Source of the DNA: Ramazzottius varieornatus
Lineage: Eukaryota > Animalia > Tardigrada
Length of the DNA stretch: 64,000 nt
Assembly (NCBI GenBank): GCA_001949185.1
Contig: BDGG01000022.1
Span: 235,569-299,568 of the forward strand
Direction: 5' to 3'
Under the pieces are notes generated by a model. The model saw only the letters and a program-made list of their open reading frames with translations. It was not told the DNA's origin and searched no databases. Of this stretch, positions 23,827 to 37,606 are shown piece after piece (position 1 is the stretch's first letter; each line of letters begins with the position of its first letter). Both the position numbers and the translations under genes were made by a program.

Positions 23827-26800
23827 TTACTTGTACATACGGTACAAGTCGGGGTTAGCAGCTGCTGCCGGTGGCGGGGACCAGGCCAGTGTACTGTGCA
23901 TGGCCGAGGAGGGACTTTCGAAGATGTGGCCCTTTTGGCGCTTGACCCGCCGGTACATGGCCATGGAGGCTAGACAGCAGGACAAGGTGACGACCTGAAT
24001 GATGGCCGCGCTGATGGCCAAGCCCCAGATGATGCTACTCTTGGTGCAGACCACACTTCGGAAACGCGCGGCTACAAAGATCATTGCCATCGTTTAATTA
24101 TAGGGGCAACTGCCAATTACTCCAGTTAGCCATCCAGATCGAGAGGGGGCACCTACCTTGCACTTCGTTGACGACGCCGTCTTTGCCGATGGTCGGCGCA
24201 TGATTGCTCTCCGTGTCCACCAGAATGGCCAGCTCCATTGTCAGTTCACGCTCCTCCACCGCCGACGTTGAACTGTTACCATTGTGGCCCTTGTCGGTTG
24301 AGCGGCGCCTCCTGACCAGGCTGCCCGCCGAAGAACAGTCCGGCTGTCAAGTACAACCAAACACACCACGTTTATGATGCCGTTCGCTGTGTAAAGAAGG
24401 GCTTACCATCGGGCAGTTGTCCAGGCAGAAGGAAACAGTTACGCGGAATTTGACGATGGAATCAGAGGCGAACTTGAAAGCAGCGAAGCGCGAGGTCAGC
24501 GAACGGCCATCGCGAACCTTGGCCAGCGAAGGAAAGATACTGGGTTCCACCGGACACCTGTAATCATTCTTGACATGGTCAGCCAGCCAATAGGGAACAC
24601 ACCCCGGTCCTCCCTTACCCTCGTCCATCCAAAAGTTGCAAGGTTTCATCAGCCGAACCGCTCATGGCCACCAAATCACTGGCGGCAATACCGAAGGCAC
24701 TCTGCTCGTCGACCATATCAATGGACAAAATCAAAGCGTCACCCAGCTGAGCACCCTGAACTTCCTTGCCCGAACCATTGCGGATCTGTAGTCGCACTTT
24801 GGGTAGGGCGGCGATACCCGAGACGGTCTGCGTAATGTTGGGCTGGTTGGGGTTGAGCATGCGTGGAGGGACGCCGTCCACCATCAGATCATCCGTCAAA
24901 GTGACTTTGCTCGATGGATAGTCACAGGCAATGCGTACCCGCCGATCGCTATCCCGCAGGACGATAGGATGCATCTGCACCACCACGTCATTGATAAAGG
25001 TGCCATTTCCCTGCAAAGACAGCCACCTCGTTCATTCACAGCCGCTCAACGGAAAACCATCAGTCCACGATAAGTTCCTTATCTGCCTTCTGTCATTTAC
25101 CAAGCTTCTGGTACCGCATTCGTCCCCTTCCAATGACATGGCCAGTTGCACTTCAAAGTCATTGTTGCCCACCACCACACACTGGTTGGGCTTATCAGCC
25201 TACAACAAAAAAGAGGAAAGTAAGGGACAAATCTTTTACCAATAGCCAGGGCGCCATGATTGTGACGAGCTGGGCCAGTGGCCCAGTGTCCGGCAAAGGA
25301 AGGAGATGCGTGTTGTCCGTGTCACGAACAGATCCTCGACTTAATGGCGTCGCAGGCCACCACACTTGCTACAGGCCCTTCTTTAGCGCTACCTGCCGTT
25401 TTTTGCCCCTCTGCACAATGTGCACTGGCGTCGGCCATCAAGCATGGCCATGGCCCATCATTAGTTAGTGGGGACTGCGTACAGTGTACATCTACGTACC
25501 GGATAGAAGCGGCCATTGAATGGACGGTTAAGCTTGAGGCTAGCCGTCATGCTCACTGGTCCACAGCTCATCGAAACTACGAAACAAATTCTCAAACCAT
25601 TGTCCATCACTTGCAACCTATACACTTGCAACCTGACATATGCCGCACTTACTGTCGACACATTCGCCACGTTCCATGAAGCCAATTAACTGCTCTTGTC
25701 CCTGGACAATCTCGTTGCTGGCCGACTTGACGCTGATGCGATCGTCGGCACTCAACAAGCAGCGCCGCGTCCCTTCTTCGTAGCGGTAGGAGCGACAGGT
25801 AAAGTTGGCGCTTAACTGGCAGTACTGTTGACAGGCGGCCATGGTAGCCACATTCTGTACTTCTTGCTCCACGGAGAACATGCGCTCGTCCACCGCTCGG
25901 TACTCACACAACTGTGGCTCTACAACAGAAGGGCATATACTCAACACAATGAGACAAAAGGGGAGTACTGCGCCAAAAAAGACTTGCCAGGTGCGCACTG
26001 GTTCTCCAGATAGTCCACTTGCTCGCTGGAGGGGTGGAAGGCCGACGGGTCGGTTCGCCGCGAATGACGACTGAGGCGACAGTCCAGGCTCTGGTGGTTG
26101 TACTCTGCCGAGCGACACAACAAGGACTGCTCCAAGAGGCAGGCCGACATGCATTCTTGACGGTTGGCCACATTGTGGACTATCATGTCGTCATAGTTTT
26201 GCAATTCCATCCCCACTACGCGCTCGAAGGCCCATTCCCGGCTGCACTGCATATCTATCATAGAAAGGACATGATCAGGCATATGGCAATGTTAAAGGCG
26301 CAGCCATGCACTTGAGCGGATGCAGCCTGGGTACCTTTGGGTATTTTCAGGCACATCTTTTCATAGTAGGCCAGCCCTGCTAAGGGTACCAGTTCGGCCC
26401 TGGAATTGCGGGGACGCTGGTACAGCAAGAGGCATCGTTCGTTGTTGTAATCACTGATGTACGCCAGGCAGTGCTCGGCATCCTGGCATTGTCTGCTACA
26501 AGGGAAGACCAAGGCCTCCACCGGAGAAATGGAGTTAGCGCTGGCGGGCCAGAGGGTAATGTGCGTTCGGTTGGCTTCGTTCAAAATGAGGGCCGGTGAG
26601 ACGGCACTATCCAGTGTACGTTCAAAGGCCAACAGACCTTCGCACTGGCTGAGGTTAAGGGTAGCTTGATGGCTACCGCCTTGAAACAGCTCATTGTCGC
26701 TGGCTGATGGAAGGGAACTGGCCGTTGCGTCGCTGGATATGCCCAGGGCGCTGGTCGTACTGTTGGCTCCTGCCAATCCTGCTGTCGAACCTGTCATTAA

Positions 26801-27021
26801 AGAGCATCAGTTAGACGGTGAGCGCTGTTTCAAAAAGGATAAAGGGACCTCAGCTCACCGGTTGGTATAGGGCTGGTGGACGGGGCCAGAGTACTGCTGG
26901 AGGAACTTTGAGCGTCGGTCAGCAGCAAGAGTTGGCAGGCGACGGATACCAGTACAAGGATAGTACCGGCACAACTGGAGCCCCTCACGGCCGGCAACTG
27001 AAAGCGCTGATCACCAGCCAT
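23827..27021 (-). CDS. PAN/Apple x3 + ZP domain transmembrane apical-matrix protein (NompA/NOAH/trynity-like), copy 1
   Basis: Signal peptide (TILVLVSVACQLLLLTDA), three Cys-patterned PAN repeats (e.g. ECMSACLLEQSLLCRSAEY) and a ZP domain (LLDGRGCPVEP ... FAAFKF ... VSFCLDNC). Then furin site RRRRS, TM IIWGLAISAAIIQVVTLSCCL, and a cytoplasmic tail. Confidence 0.9.
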
Positions 27022-27048
27022 CACAGATTTATTCTCACAAACGTCTGT

Positions 27049-27084
27049 CCACACCACACCACACCACACCACACCGCACCACAC
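27049..27084. repeat. (CCACA)n microsatellite just upstream of the PAN-ZP copy 1 start codon
   Basis: ccacaccacaccacaccacaccacaccgcaccacac seen directly. Confidence 0.9.
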
Positions 27085-29868
27085 AGGGAAAGATGGCTTG
27101 AACAAAAAACAGAGGTGTATTTCCCAACGAGGAAGTACCCCGTCACCTCAAGGTGCTAATAATCAGATGTACAAACACTCTGGCGAAACACCCAACCTTC
27201 CCGGGCATCCTCATACAGCTCCATCCATAATTATCAACTGGCAAGGACAAATCTTGATGGACAGATCAATGGAGAAGGAGATCACTGGTTCCCGGCAGAA
27301 ATGAACAATGGAGTTGTGATGGGACGACCAGTAGCAGCCAAAGTAGGTGAACGGTGATTGGATGGACAAAGTGGCGAAAGGCCTTCGAGGCGCTGAAGTG
27401 CCAAGTGAAGAAAAGTCAGACAATGTGTGCGAGAAACTCGGCAGATGACCCAAGAGCGGCAAAGTGGCAAGAACCATGCAGCCGGTGATGGAATGAGCGA
27501 GCGAGCGAGTGAGGGACAGACTGGTTAGCTCATGCATGCAGGACGAGATCTTTCCTCACCTTATATTATTAAGATACCACACTGGACCCAAGCCGTCAAA
27601 CCTACCACCAGTAAGATACATTCAACCGACCAGTGCATACGCTATCAACGGTGCAAACAAGTGTTTCAAAGGGACTTTTAGTTTGTACTAGTACGAGAAG
27701 ACTGCCTGCTTGACTGCTCCTGGACAGTGACAAACACCGTCAAACAGTTCTGCACTTTGACTGTACAAGGTGTATAATCATAGTTGCGTTGGCACCAGCC
27801 ATTGATATCCTCATTCCGAAGGTTCACCCTACCGCACCGCCAGGCCATACAAGCGCTCTCATTAGCTCGACGGTCTTTGTCGTCAACTTGGGCTGCGACG
27901 TTTATGACGTCGTGACAATAAAAAAGTAGAGCCGGGTCCCGCTCCCGGACGATCATGCAGTGCCTATCACACTTCACCAATCAGCAGTGAACCCACGTGC
28001 TGAGCTCCATAACCCAATTAACGGGCGGTTGTGTACCCCCGCTTCGCAATGAAGACTAAGAAGGCGTCCTACGACAAGTCTAAGAGCACGCTCTGGACTC
28101 TGGGGACTACTAAAGCTTCATCTTTCTTTCGGGGACATGCATGACAATCCTGCTTGATAATGGCATAGCTCGCACTTCTCCTGCAGGTTTCCAGACTTTG
28201 AGTCTTACGCAGGTCGCAGGACACTGCAAGGCCAGGTAAATTAGCTGCGAAATTGACTGGTAAAACTTTGGTGCATCGTTTACACGTCATGACATCGGAA
28301 AGGAAGGTTGAGGCGGGGGAAGTGAAGTGAAACGCTGTTTTTGAACTTTACAGACCAGTGACCACAGCTGGAGCTGCAGCGACCACCCTTTGCACCTACC
28401 CATCAGATTGTTATTGCTTATTGCTGGCCATTTTTAAATTGGCCATCTCTGCAAAACACTGCCAGAAAAAGAGACATGCTTATATCGAGCTTTTATCCTA
28501 CTCTACAATTAAGTTTGGGTCCATCTTGCCCTCCGTTATAAGTGCCAATTATAGACCTTTTTCCTTCTTGACAACTTCCTCTTCTCATGTGACGATGCAG
28601 TCTCGAAGCACCTTCAGCCAGATGCCGCCATATTCCCTCCATCAAGGTGTATTAACATGTTTTTTGCTCTGGCAGATGGACAACCTTCGAGGAGCATGAG
28701 CTAGCAAGAACCATGTTGAAACAATTCAAGGTTAAGAATAACAAGCACGACGATGAGGCAGACTCGTCCATCACTTTTGGCCCCGTTTAGCGCTAACCAC
28801 AAGTCCGCCTTTGTACTTTGCTAACAAAAACAAACATTCGATCGGATGTCTCGTCTTTTGATAAGGTTCGCCGCCTGCCGCCACATAATATTAGCTCTAC
28901 AAATGCCACATCGATTACCGAGCCATTACGTCGCTTGGCCAAATTGTTACCACTTTGCAAAACATCAGTCACAATAATGCGCTGGCCTCATACTTTCGAC
29001 CGTGGTAAAGGAAGGTTACGTAGATTGTAATGTACAAGAGTGAACTGCCGCTCGGTACCACTGGTCAGGACGTTTTCAGTACCTTCAAGGAGAATAGAGT
29101 CACAGTTAGATGAAGGTTAAGAAAAGAGCCCGGTCAAGGAGGATCCCATAAAGACGGCCTACCATCATATATCATGCTGCTGTTATGGGGGTTAATTCTT
29201 TTCTTATGAACCTTATTCCACGCTTGTCAAATTTCGCGAACGATCAGTAACAGAAAGCTTGGCCAATTGTTTCGAATCAAAAGAAATGATTGTCTGTGAT
29301 TAGTCATTAGAGATGTGACTGCAATGCCAATACAACTGAATACGTTGTTGGCTATGCCATAGCCTATGGTATTAGAATAACTTCCGCCGCTTAATCCTTT
29401 GGTCTTTCTTGTGAAGTGAAGCTCGAACAAGCGCGAAGCCCTCCATTAGATTATACATTAATGGCTTCGAGAACCTGTTGACGTCGACGCGAACAAGCGA
29501 GACTTAGAACTTGGCGCTGTTCCTCACCAGCAAAAGTTGCGTGACTTTATCAGGGACATGCATCCACATCCTCATGTCGCGCAAGGTTTTATTCGTACAG
29601 TCAAGTCGGAGACTGCAGCTCGACGCAGGCGACCTCTACTGAGCAGGCCCGGGGAAAGCATTCTGCCATTGTTGACATTACAGCCGCAAAAACAGCATAA
29701 AAAGACACCAATCGATGGCCATGCTTGATATTGCGTAATAAAGAAAGGAAGTGCTGCAAGTGGAGGCCGGATGAGAGGGTAACACAAGGCTGGATGAGAT
29801 TGATAAAACGCACTGAAAAAGACTATAGGCAAATGGCTGCTGCGAGTGCTGTTGAGCTTGGCTTGCGG

Positions 29869-30715
29869 TTAGACTTCGTGGCCCTGGACGTCGCTGGGAT
29901 GATAGCGGCTACAGCCGTTTCTGTCCAGTGACACCATCGGCACACCTCCACTGCCGTAGGCTTCCTCATCCAGTTCCTGCGAAGGATACGCTGCTGGAGA
30001 TAGACGCCATGACGAAAAAGACAGGACAAACTCGGCGGCCCCAGCGGCAATCAGGATAAAGTAGCACCAATATAAACGGCAAGAGCCTACACCATATCAC
30101 GTACACGGGTTATTCTCAGACCTTGGCTTAAAGGTGGTCAAATTCCACTATGCTTCACCTAGTCTGAACTTGTCGGAATTGCCGCAGGCATCTCTGACCT
30201 CGCGCTGATCCCAACCCAAGGGATAGATACAAATACCCAGGACGATCAGTAAGCCTGTAATTGAAACAAAGCGGGGTAAACATTACAACCGCAAGGAGGT
30301 AAGACAGAGGCAGAATGACTACTGTACCGGCTGCCAAGTGTAGAGCCAGCAGAGCACGAAAAAAGAGCTGCGTCCACAAGTGGGGAACCCAACATGCCAG
30401 GAAAGACATGACGGAAGCAAACAGGGACAGGGAGACCCCGAGGCCCACCAAGAGGGTGGCCATCTGCCATGCGACCGAAGGAACGTCCAGGAAGCTCTCA
30501 TAGCGACCACACTCGTTGACAATCACCAGTTCCGTCTTGTCCTGGCTAATTTGCGGGAAGGTGCAACGGCGAAAGGAGCCGAAAAAGGTGGCCGTGTTGA
30601 TGGCCGAAGCTACTCTCAACTGGCCCTTAATCCAATAGGGCAGAAAAAATCCCATACAGGCAGCCGCTGAAGAAGACATTGACAATAAGACGAAGCAGGA
30701 AGTACAGCTACCCAT
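29869..30715 (-). CDS. LHFPL-family tetraspan (LHFPL2/LHFP-like), 3 exons
   Basis: PYWI, FGSFRRC, ECGRYESFLDVPSVAWQMAT, YPLGWDQREVRDAC and GSCRLYW; four TM segments; ends ...GHEV*. Confidence 0.9.
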
Positions 30716-33700
30716 CACATCATCATCATCGTGACCGCAGTGCTGTTCCCCCACAGTCCCTGCTTAAAGAAGCGTTTCATCCAAACTGCTCTCGTCTCCC
30801 CCAACCAATCTCCCCATTATCCGGGCGTCGTTGCATTGCACAGATACGCATGGTTTTGCCATTCCGTCAAATGTCATAGCGCCACACATGATATCACGGT
30901 AAAGCCATCTGATGTATATAAAAAACCGTTGCATGTGTATATCAAAAAGGACGAGAGGCGGCATTCGGGGCGCGGCGCTTCCCAGGTAGACGAGGAAGAT
31001 GGTTGTTTCTGACCTAAGACAACTTCATGTGCATGGATTGCGCGGGTGAGATTACATGGGAAATTAGAAAACGACTGCAAAAGGAGGAAAGAAGATGTTA
31101 AAGTCGCGGTGGACAATTGAGGAGGCAATGCAGCGTAACCTGACATGTACTACGCAGCAGTTACACTCAAGATAGCCCGCAGTGTAGAGAAAAGGGGAAA
31201 GTTGACATTGACGCTGAAAGTTATGGGATGAAAGGGGGCAGAAGAAAGAGGACTATTAGCTGGAGCGTAGCAAAGAGTAATTCTTTGAGCAAACGATCGT
31301 TTTAGCCTTTGACAACAAGTACCCGTCGGTCCCCTCCTTCCTATAAGGCTGCTGCTCCCTTCTCTTCTCCTTGTTGCATCCAAGAAAGACCGACAGGATG
31401 GCTCCTGATATGCCCAACGTCGAATTTCGTCTGCAGCTGGCCTAACTTAATACGGGGTTGCGATGTCTTCTATCGATGCATAGGATGATAGAGACCTGCT
31501 GTTACCCCCCTTCGGCCACACTGCATGCCACACATGCAACCGACAGATGCAGCCATGTGTAAAACCAACTGCGATGACTACTCCGCTCGTAATCCCGATT
31601 CTTGGGAATCGAGAAAGAAGGCAACTGCGGCATTCAGCTACCAGCTGGTACTGGGCTTTCAGAATCAAAGATCGACAACTTCTTTTTCAAAAGCCCCAAG
31701 TGTTTCCGTAAAGTTTTGCCATATCGGGTCTGGAGTGTGGAGACGCATACAAGTACATTATAGTCCACCATCTAAAAGAGGAAGTACACGTGGAGCTGGG
31801 TTGTACAGGTACTAGTAAGTGCTGCCATCTGTCAGAACCTTCACAAACGAGTGATCGAGACCATGCAATCTACATTCGTCTTGCGTGCTGTTATTCAGTC
31901 GTTATGATCTTATTCTCCAAACTATCAACCTCTCGAACCAAGGGCCATGGCACGTTAGCTGTATTTTCAGCCGGATATTACCGGTGCTAGCCTGCGGGCT
32001 ACATGGCTAAAAGAATGTTACAAGAGAACCGCGAAGAGGGGTCAGCTTATCAGACGAAACGAAAGGGAAAGACTTGGTCTTGTGATCGAGCACACATTGC
32101 GATACTTAAGTTAGTTAGCGTGGTAAGGCTGCCTGATTAAAAACCTACTAAGGCGGCAGCAACAAAGCGACATCAGAACGAAAACGGAGTAGACGCTAAT
32201 GAACAACGATCTCACCACCAATAACAGCATATTCACTTTCCGTTTTCACTTACTACATCATTCACTTACTACATTAGTCAGTTGCCCCATGGCGAACTCT
32301 CGCTTTCTTCCTCCTCCGTACGTGTACCTTCCGCAAACGAAATTAACATGGACGCAAGTCAGACAAATGTCTTGTAACCAGCTGCTCACTTCAAGATCAC
32401 CTTCTGCTTTCATGGTAAAGCAACCGGCGGAGCATGAACCCTATTGTGCACCGGCCAACAGTGTTTGAATATATAGCCAGTGATGGAAGGACTTCTGAGC
32501 TCGCTCGCAACAAAGGATGCCGCCGCCTGTCACACATCATTCTTTCCACCGAAACTGTTGCTTGCATCATAACAACGAATCATGATACAGTAGGCCTCGG
32601 TCAATTAGTTGCCATTATCGATAAAGCTCAGCTAGTCGCAATCCGACGGGAAAGCGTCACATTCTGACAATCTTCGATAGGCCAATCATAAGCAAAACGT
32701 GTACCGTGCAATTAGAATATACTGCTTTTGATGTACACGCATACGCTTAAGTTTTCAACATTTTTTCCTGTATGCAATATGGAAATAACTTTTTGCCGCA
32801 GCTATGCATCAATTTTTGCTTTCAAAAAAAAGCTCCTCTAACCAAAATACGGAGAAATTCTTGTGGCGTGAGCTGTAACATGGGCCGTAACATAGCCCGT
32901 CAGCACTTTCGGTCTCATCAATTCCATATGATTTCTCCGACGTAAGTCTACCTCTGCCGGACAAAAACAGGTTTGAACCATGCAAAATATCCTCACTGTT
33001 GGACTATTATACGGTGTAGTGAGGTGAGAAGTGAGCAGTATACCGGCGTAAGACATCCGCCAGTATGAGGAAAGAAGCAAAGAGGCACCTAATGGACGGA
33101 ATGGTCCAGCGGTCAGGACATTGACTGGGGCGCTGTACAAAGCCATAAACCAACTCTGGCAAGAACCGCGCATACCCTGCGTACACCTGTGTACTTGATA
33201 ATGCTGTACTTTCCAACCGTACAACACAAAGTAATACCGCCGTCGATCCAACAACGTCTCAACCGGAGAAGCATGTGCTAATTTGCTGCCTTGGCCAGGT
33301 ACTACAGGTAGGTGACACCGGCATACATCATCTTCACGGTTGTCTTCGTTCGAGCTCGAGCCGTAATGAGAAATCAGAACGTTTCGGAAATGGACAGCCG
33401 CCCTTCCTGCCTGTCAGTCTAGCTTCCCAACAGCGCAGTCCTGCAATTTGCTTCTTGCCTCAGCTACACTCAACAAAAGGTTCCGGCCGGCCGGAAGCGT
33501 GCTATAACGACCAGCAAATTTCAACCGCCCTCCTTTATCGTAGACTAGACGGTACACCTAGTGCTGCCCTACACATTTGGACGTTTTGCTTCTCGAAGGT
33601 AGGCACGTCGACGTTTACCAGCCTGTTGATGACAAAAACCTCAGTGTGCTGACTACTGAGAGCGACACCGACGCTAAAGCACCACCGGCTGCTGGTCAGC

Positions 33701-33897
33701 GCGGAATAATTCTTCAATTCCGGCTCAAATCCGGATGTTGACACAATCACATGTCCGTTCTCTGTCTGTATGCCTGACATGATGAGATGTTGTAATCTCC
33801 CTTAACCGTACCAAGTCTGCCAGGAAAGAAGGAACGATCATAACCGTGATATCCGGAATCAGCTACAACCTTTCCATAAAGCTTTTATCCCGCGGAA

Positions 33898-36896
33898 ATG
33901 TTACGGCGTACTGTGGCCCCGATGTTCAGGAGCATTGTTATACTCCTGATGGCAAGTCCTCTGTTGACACACGGTGAGCTATGGTATTAATGTGACGTGA
34001 AAAAGCCCTCACTCAACGGGACTCTTCGACCAGTGCGTGTATATGCTTTCTCTACAGGCCAGTGTCCAGCCGGGAGTGGTGTCAGCTTCGAGGTAGTGAC
34101 GGGAGCCATCTTTATGAATGACAAGGGCAGGCTCAGTCAGTTCCAAACCTTTGATTTGTTGGAATGCATCAAAGCTTGTCGCACTTCCACCGCCTGCTCA
34201 TCGGCCAACTTTGAGACGGGCCTGTGTACCTTGTCGCAGTTCAATGCGTCGGCCATGCCCGACAGCCTCCGTACCGATGACTTCCCCGTCTTCCCCAACT
34301 ACCTGCAAAAGATTTGCCTGCGCGAGATGCCTACCAGCTGTCAGCGCGACTGGGCCTTTCAACGGACCGTCAATTACTACCTGGAAGGCCAGGATACCAA
34401 GACCATCTCCGTCAGGTCCAAGGAAGAATGCCTGGATGCCTGTCTGAAAGAGGAAACCTTCAAGTGTTATTCCGCCGAGATGCGTTATCATAATCGCACC
34501 TGCGTCCTCAGCAGTACCAGCCAATCCATCCTGCAACAACGCCTACAAAAAGTCCCCGACGGAACCAACATTGACTATTTCGAAAACAACTGCCAAAATG
34601 GTGGGTAACCTCACATATGATTGGCGGAAGAAAGAAGTGGCTAAGTTAAAGACTAGGGGTATTTGGTCCTTTGTAGAACCGCGAAGCTACTGCGAGTACA
34701 ACCGTATTCGAGGTCGGGTCCTCAAGGCCAGCGACGTGGTACGAAGTAAGGTAGCGTCACTGGAAGAATGCAAAGGCTTGTGTCTCAATGCCACTTTCAC
34801 TTGCAATTACTACCACTACGGCCAATTATCGGATGACGAGTGCAGCCTGAGCCATCACAGCGCCATCACGCTATCCCACATTTCCGAGCCATACGTCTTC
34901 AGCGCCGACTTTATCTCCTACGAACTACGGGCCTGTTTCAGCAGTAAGTCCGCTTTATTAAACACCCTCACTCCCATCTATACAATGCAATTTGACTTTG
35001 TAGTCAAGCTGTCATGTGAAGCCAAAAAGATGGTAGCCAGCATCGAGACGAACAGGGTCTTTGATGGTCTAGTCTACGCCAAAGAACAGCCCAAGAGCTG
35101 CCTGACGGAAGTCAACAATTCCTCAGAATTCCAGCTGGCCATGCCGCTGGACGGCACCCTCTGCAACACCGCCAGCAACAATAAGGGCCTATACAGTAAC
35201 TACATTATGATCCAGTACAACAAAAAGATAGTCACGTCGAAAGATATGTGAGGACTGCTCGTTGGCCAGCACCATTTTGGCTGTTGTTTTCGAAATGATC
35301 AATGTTGCTTCCATCAGGGGCTTGGCCATTTCCTGCGAATACGACCTGGGCAGTCGTAATGTGACCGGCACACTAACCACCAATGGGTACCTTCCTTACA
35401 CCCATCATGTAACGACGTCGAACCTTTCAACAACGACGTCTTATTGTCCTTTCAGTGCGCCAACCATAACGGAGAACGTCAACTACAAGGTCCCTTCGCC
35501 CATCGTGCAGATGAGTATTCGCGACAGTAGTGGCAACCCTCTGATTTCCGCCACTGTTGGCGACAAGATCCACATCCAGTTCGACCTAGCCGCCACCAAC
35601 GGTAAGCTATCACTACTGCAGCAGCCACAATGCATTCATCAACTTGGTCCTCTGTTTCAGGAGCCGACATCTACAACATTTTCGTCAAAGACGTGGTGGC
35701 GGTGGACGCAATAGGCAAAACACGCATCAAAATGATTGATGCCAACGGGTACGTTCTTCCCCTCCTTGGGTCCTTACTATAGGTATGTGATCAAGAGAGG
35801 AGAAACACGGCTCGTTCGTTTCTATATAGTTGCCCATCGGACGACATTGTGCTGGGACCGGTGGAAAGTCTCAACGAGGGACGAACCCTGCGTCTACCCA
35901 TCGAGGCCTTCAAGTTCCCTTCCAACGACGAAGTGGAGTTTACCGCTCTCATCAAGCCCTGCCAGAAGCAATGCGAGCCGGCCCAGTGCATTGACGACGC
36001 CACCCAGATTGTCTACAGCAGCTTCGGCAAGCGTCGGCGTCGTCGCGACCTGGAAGAAGCCTCCCTCAGCGACGACCTCCTCATCACAAGCACCACCGCC
36101 AGTGTCCCATCACTTCGTCAAGATGGGGAGAAGGATAACGTGCTGGTCCATCACCGTATCAACGTCAACGATGTCTTCTCTTCATGTGCCAATGGTGTGC
36201 CTCGCCAAGATTGTCTCCGGCAGCAGCAGGCGGCTATTTCCACGCTGGCTTACCAAGCTCTGCAACAAAGTAAGTAAGCCCTCTCGCTGTCCACCGCCTG
36301 ACAAGTAATTATGGGACAATTAGGCAAAAGTATTGCATTGCCGCTGAGAATAGGTAGCAGGTACATGGCTGCACAGTGATAGTTATGGCTGACTAACGAT
36401 AAAGCTGTAAACTGGTGCTGGCCAATTAGGCCGCCTAATTGGCTTGGTGTACGGTACAGATGGACGGGATTCATCTGTTTCAGCAGAAGGTGGCAATGGG
36501 GCTCGCTCCATCGACCTGAGTGGCATCGTCTGCATACACAAGCTGGCCATTGCCGTCGCATCCTCCGTCGTCCTCCTCATTCAGCTGGTCTTTGCCGTCG
36601 CCTTGGCTTTTATCTGCCAGCGTTACCGTGTTCAACGAAAGCCTCGCTTCAAGGCTTCGCTGGACATTTCCAAGCCGACACTGTCCAGCAACAACACCTC
36701 CTGCACCCAAACTAGCTCCTCCGCCACCGCCTCCCTCTTTGACTCTTCCCAACAATCGTCCGACAGCGCTTCCGGTAACTACGCCCTACCGCACACTCTG
36801 CAGACCAACAGCCACCTCAATCCCACCGAGTCTCACTACAGCACCACAACAGCCTTCCAGGAGATGAGTAAAGCCCTAACAGCCAGCAAAACATGA
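33898..36896 (+). CDS. PAN/Apple x3 + ZP domain transmembrane apical-matrix protein, copy 2
   Basis: Signal exon (MLRRTVAP)MFRSIVILLMASPLLTH and three PAN repeats (ECIKAC, ECLDAC, ECKGLC). ZP domain (MIDANG|CPSDD ... EAFKFP ... KPCQKQCEP), SFGKRRRRR furin site, TM LAIAVASSVVLLIQLVFAVALAFIC. Confidence 0.92.
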
Positions 36897-37606
36897 AAGA
36901 TACTATGACACATTAACGTAACTATACGGAGCTTCCCCATCAAACACACCTTAGTGTCGTGTCTTCCCTCCCGTTGATTACTACGACGTTTTTTACGAAT
37001 TTTAAGCTATGGATCTTGTGAGCGGAGTCCGTAGCGTCCGCTCAAATTTGTTAAGTTTTTCTGCCTATGCGCCGAGCCATATATGATAGCATTGTTTCTT
37101 TGGATCCTGATTCTTGGCCTACTACCGTTCCTCGCGATAAAGTTTAGATACCAGTAATAGAAAGTTCCTTTTCCGCCATACTCTGCGATCGTTCTTTATC
37201 CGGACACCTCGTTTGGGATACACTACATGAGCTTCGGTGAAAGTTCCCATGACGATCCCGCCTACAAGACAACAGCATTTTCATTTGATACCATCAATGA
37301 GCATTTTGTCCCGTGACACGCCATTCACTATCGTACAACTGTATCCTCCAATTTCTTCTCTACGATAATCATCATACAGTTCGACGCGGTCAAGTACCAT
37401 CTGCAGGATTATAACTGATATCGCATTTGGCAACTACAAAACCTGTAGTGATTAAAGACCAGGAAAGCGATCATGACAGCAAACGGCGCTGCAGTCTAAA
37501 AGGTGGTCTACAGCAAGAGAGGTCTTGGTTTACACGGTTGTGGGGGGAAGAGTCACAGCTACCTTGGTGCATGCTAATGGAGAGAGCCTCATTATTCAGC
37601 CACTGA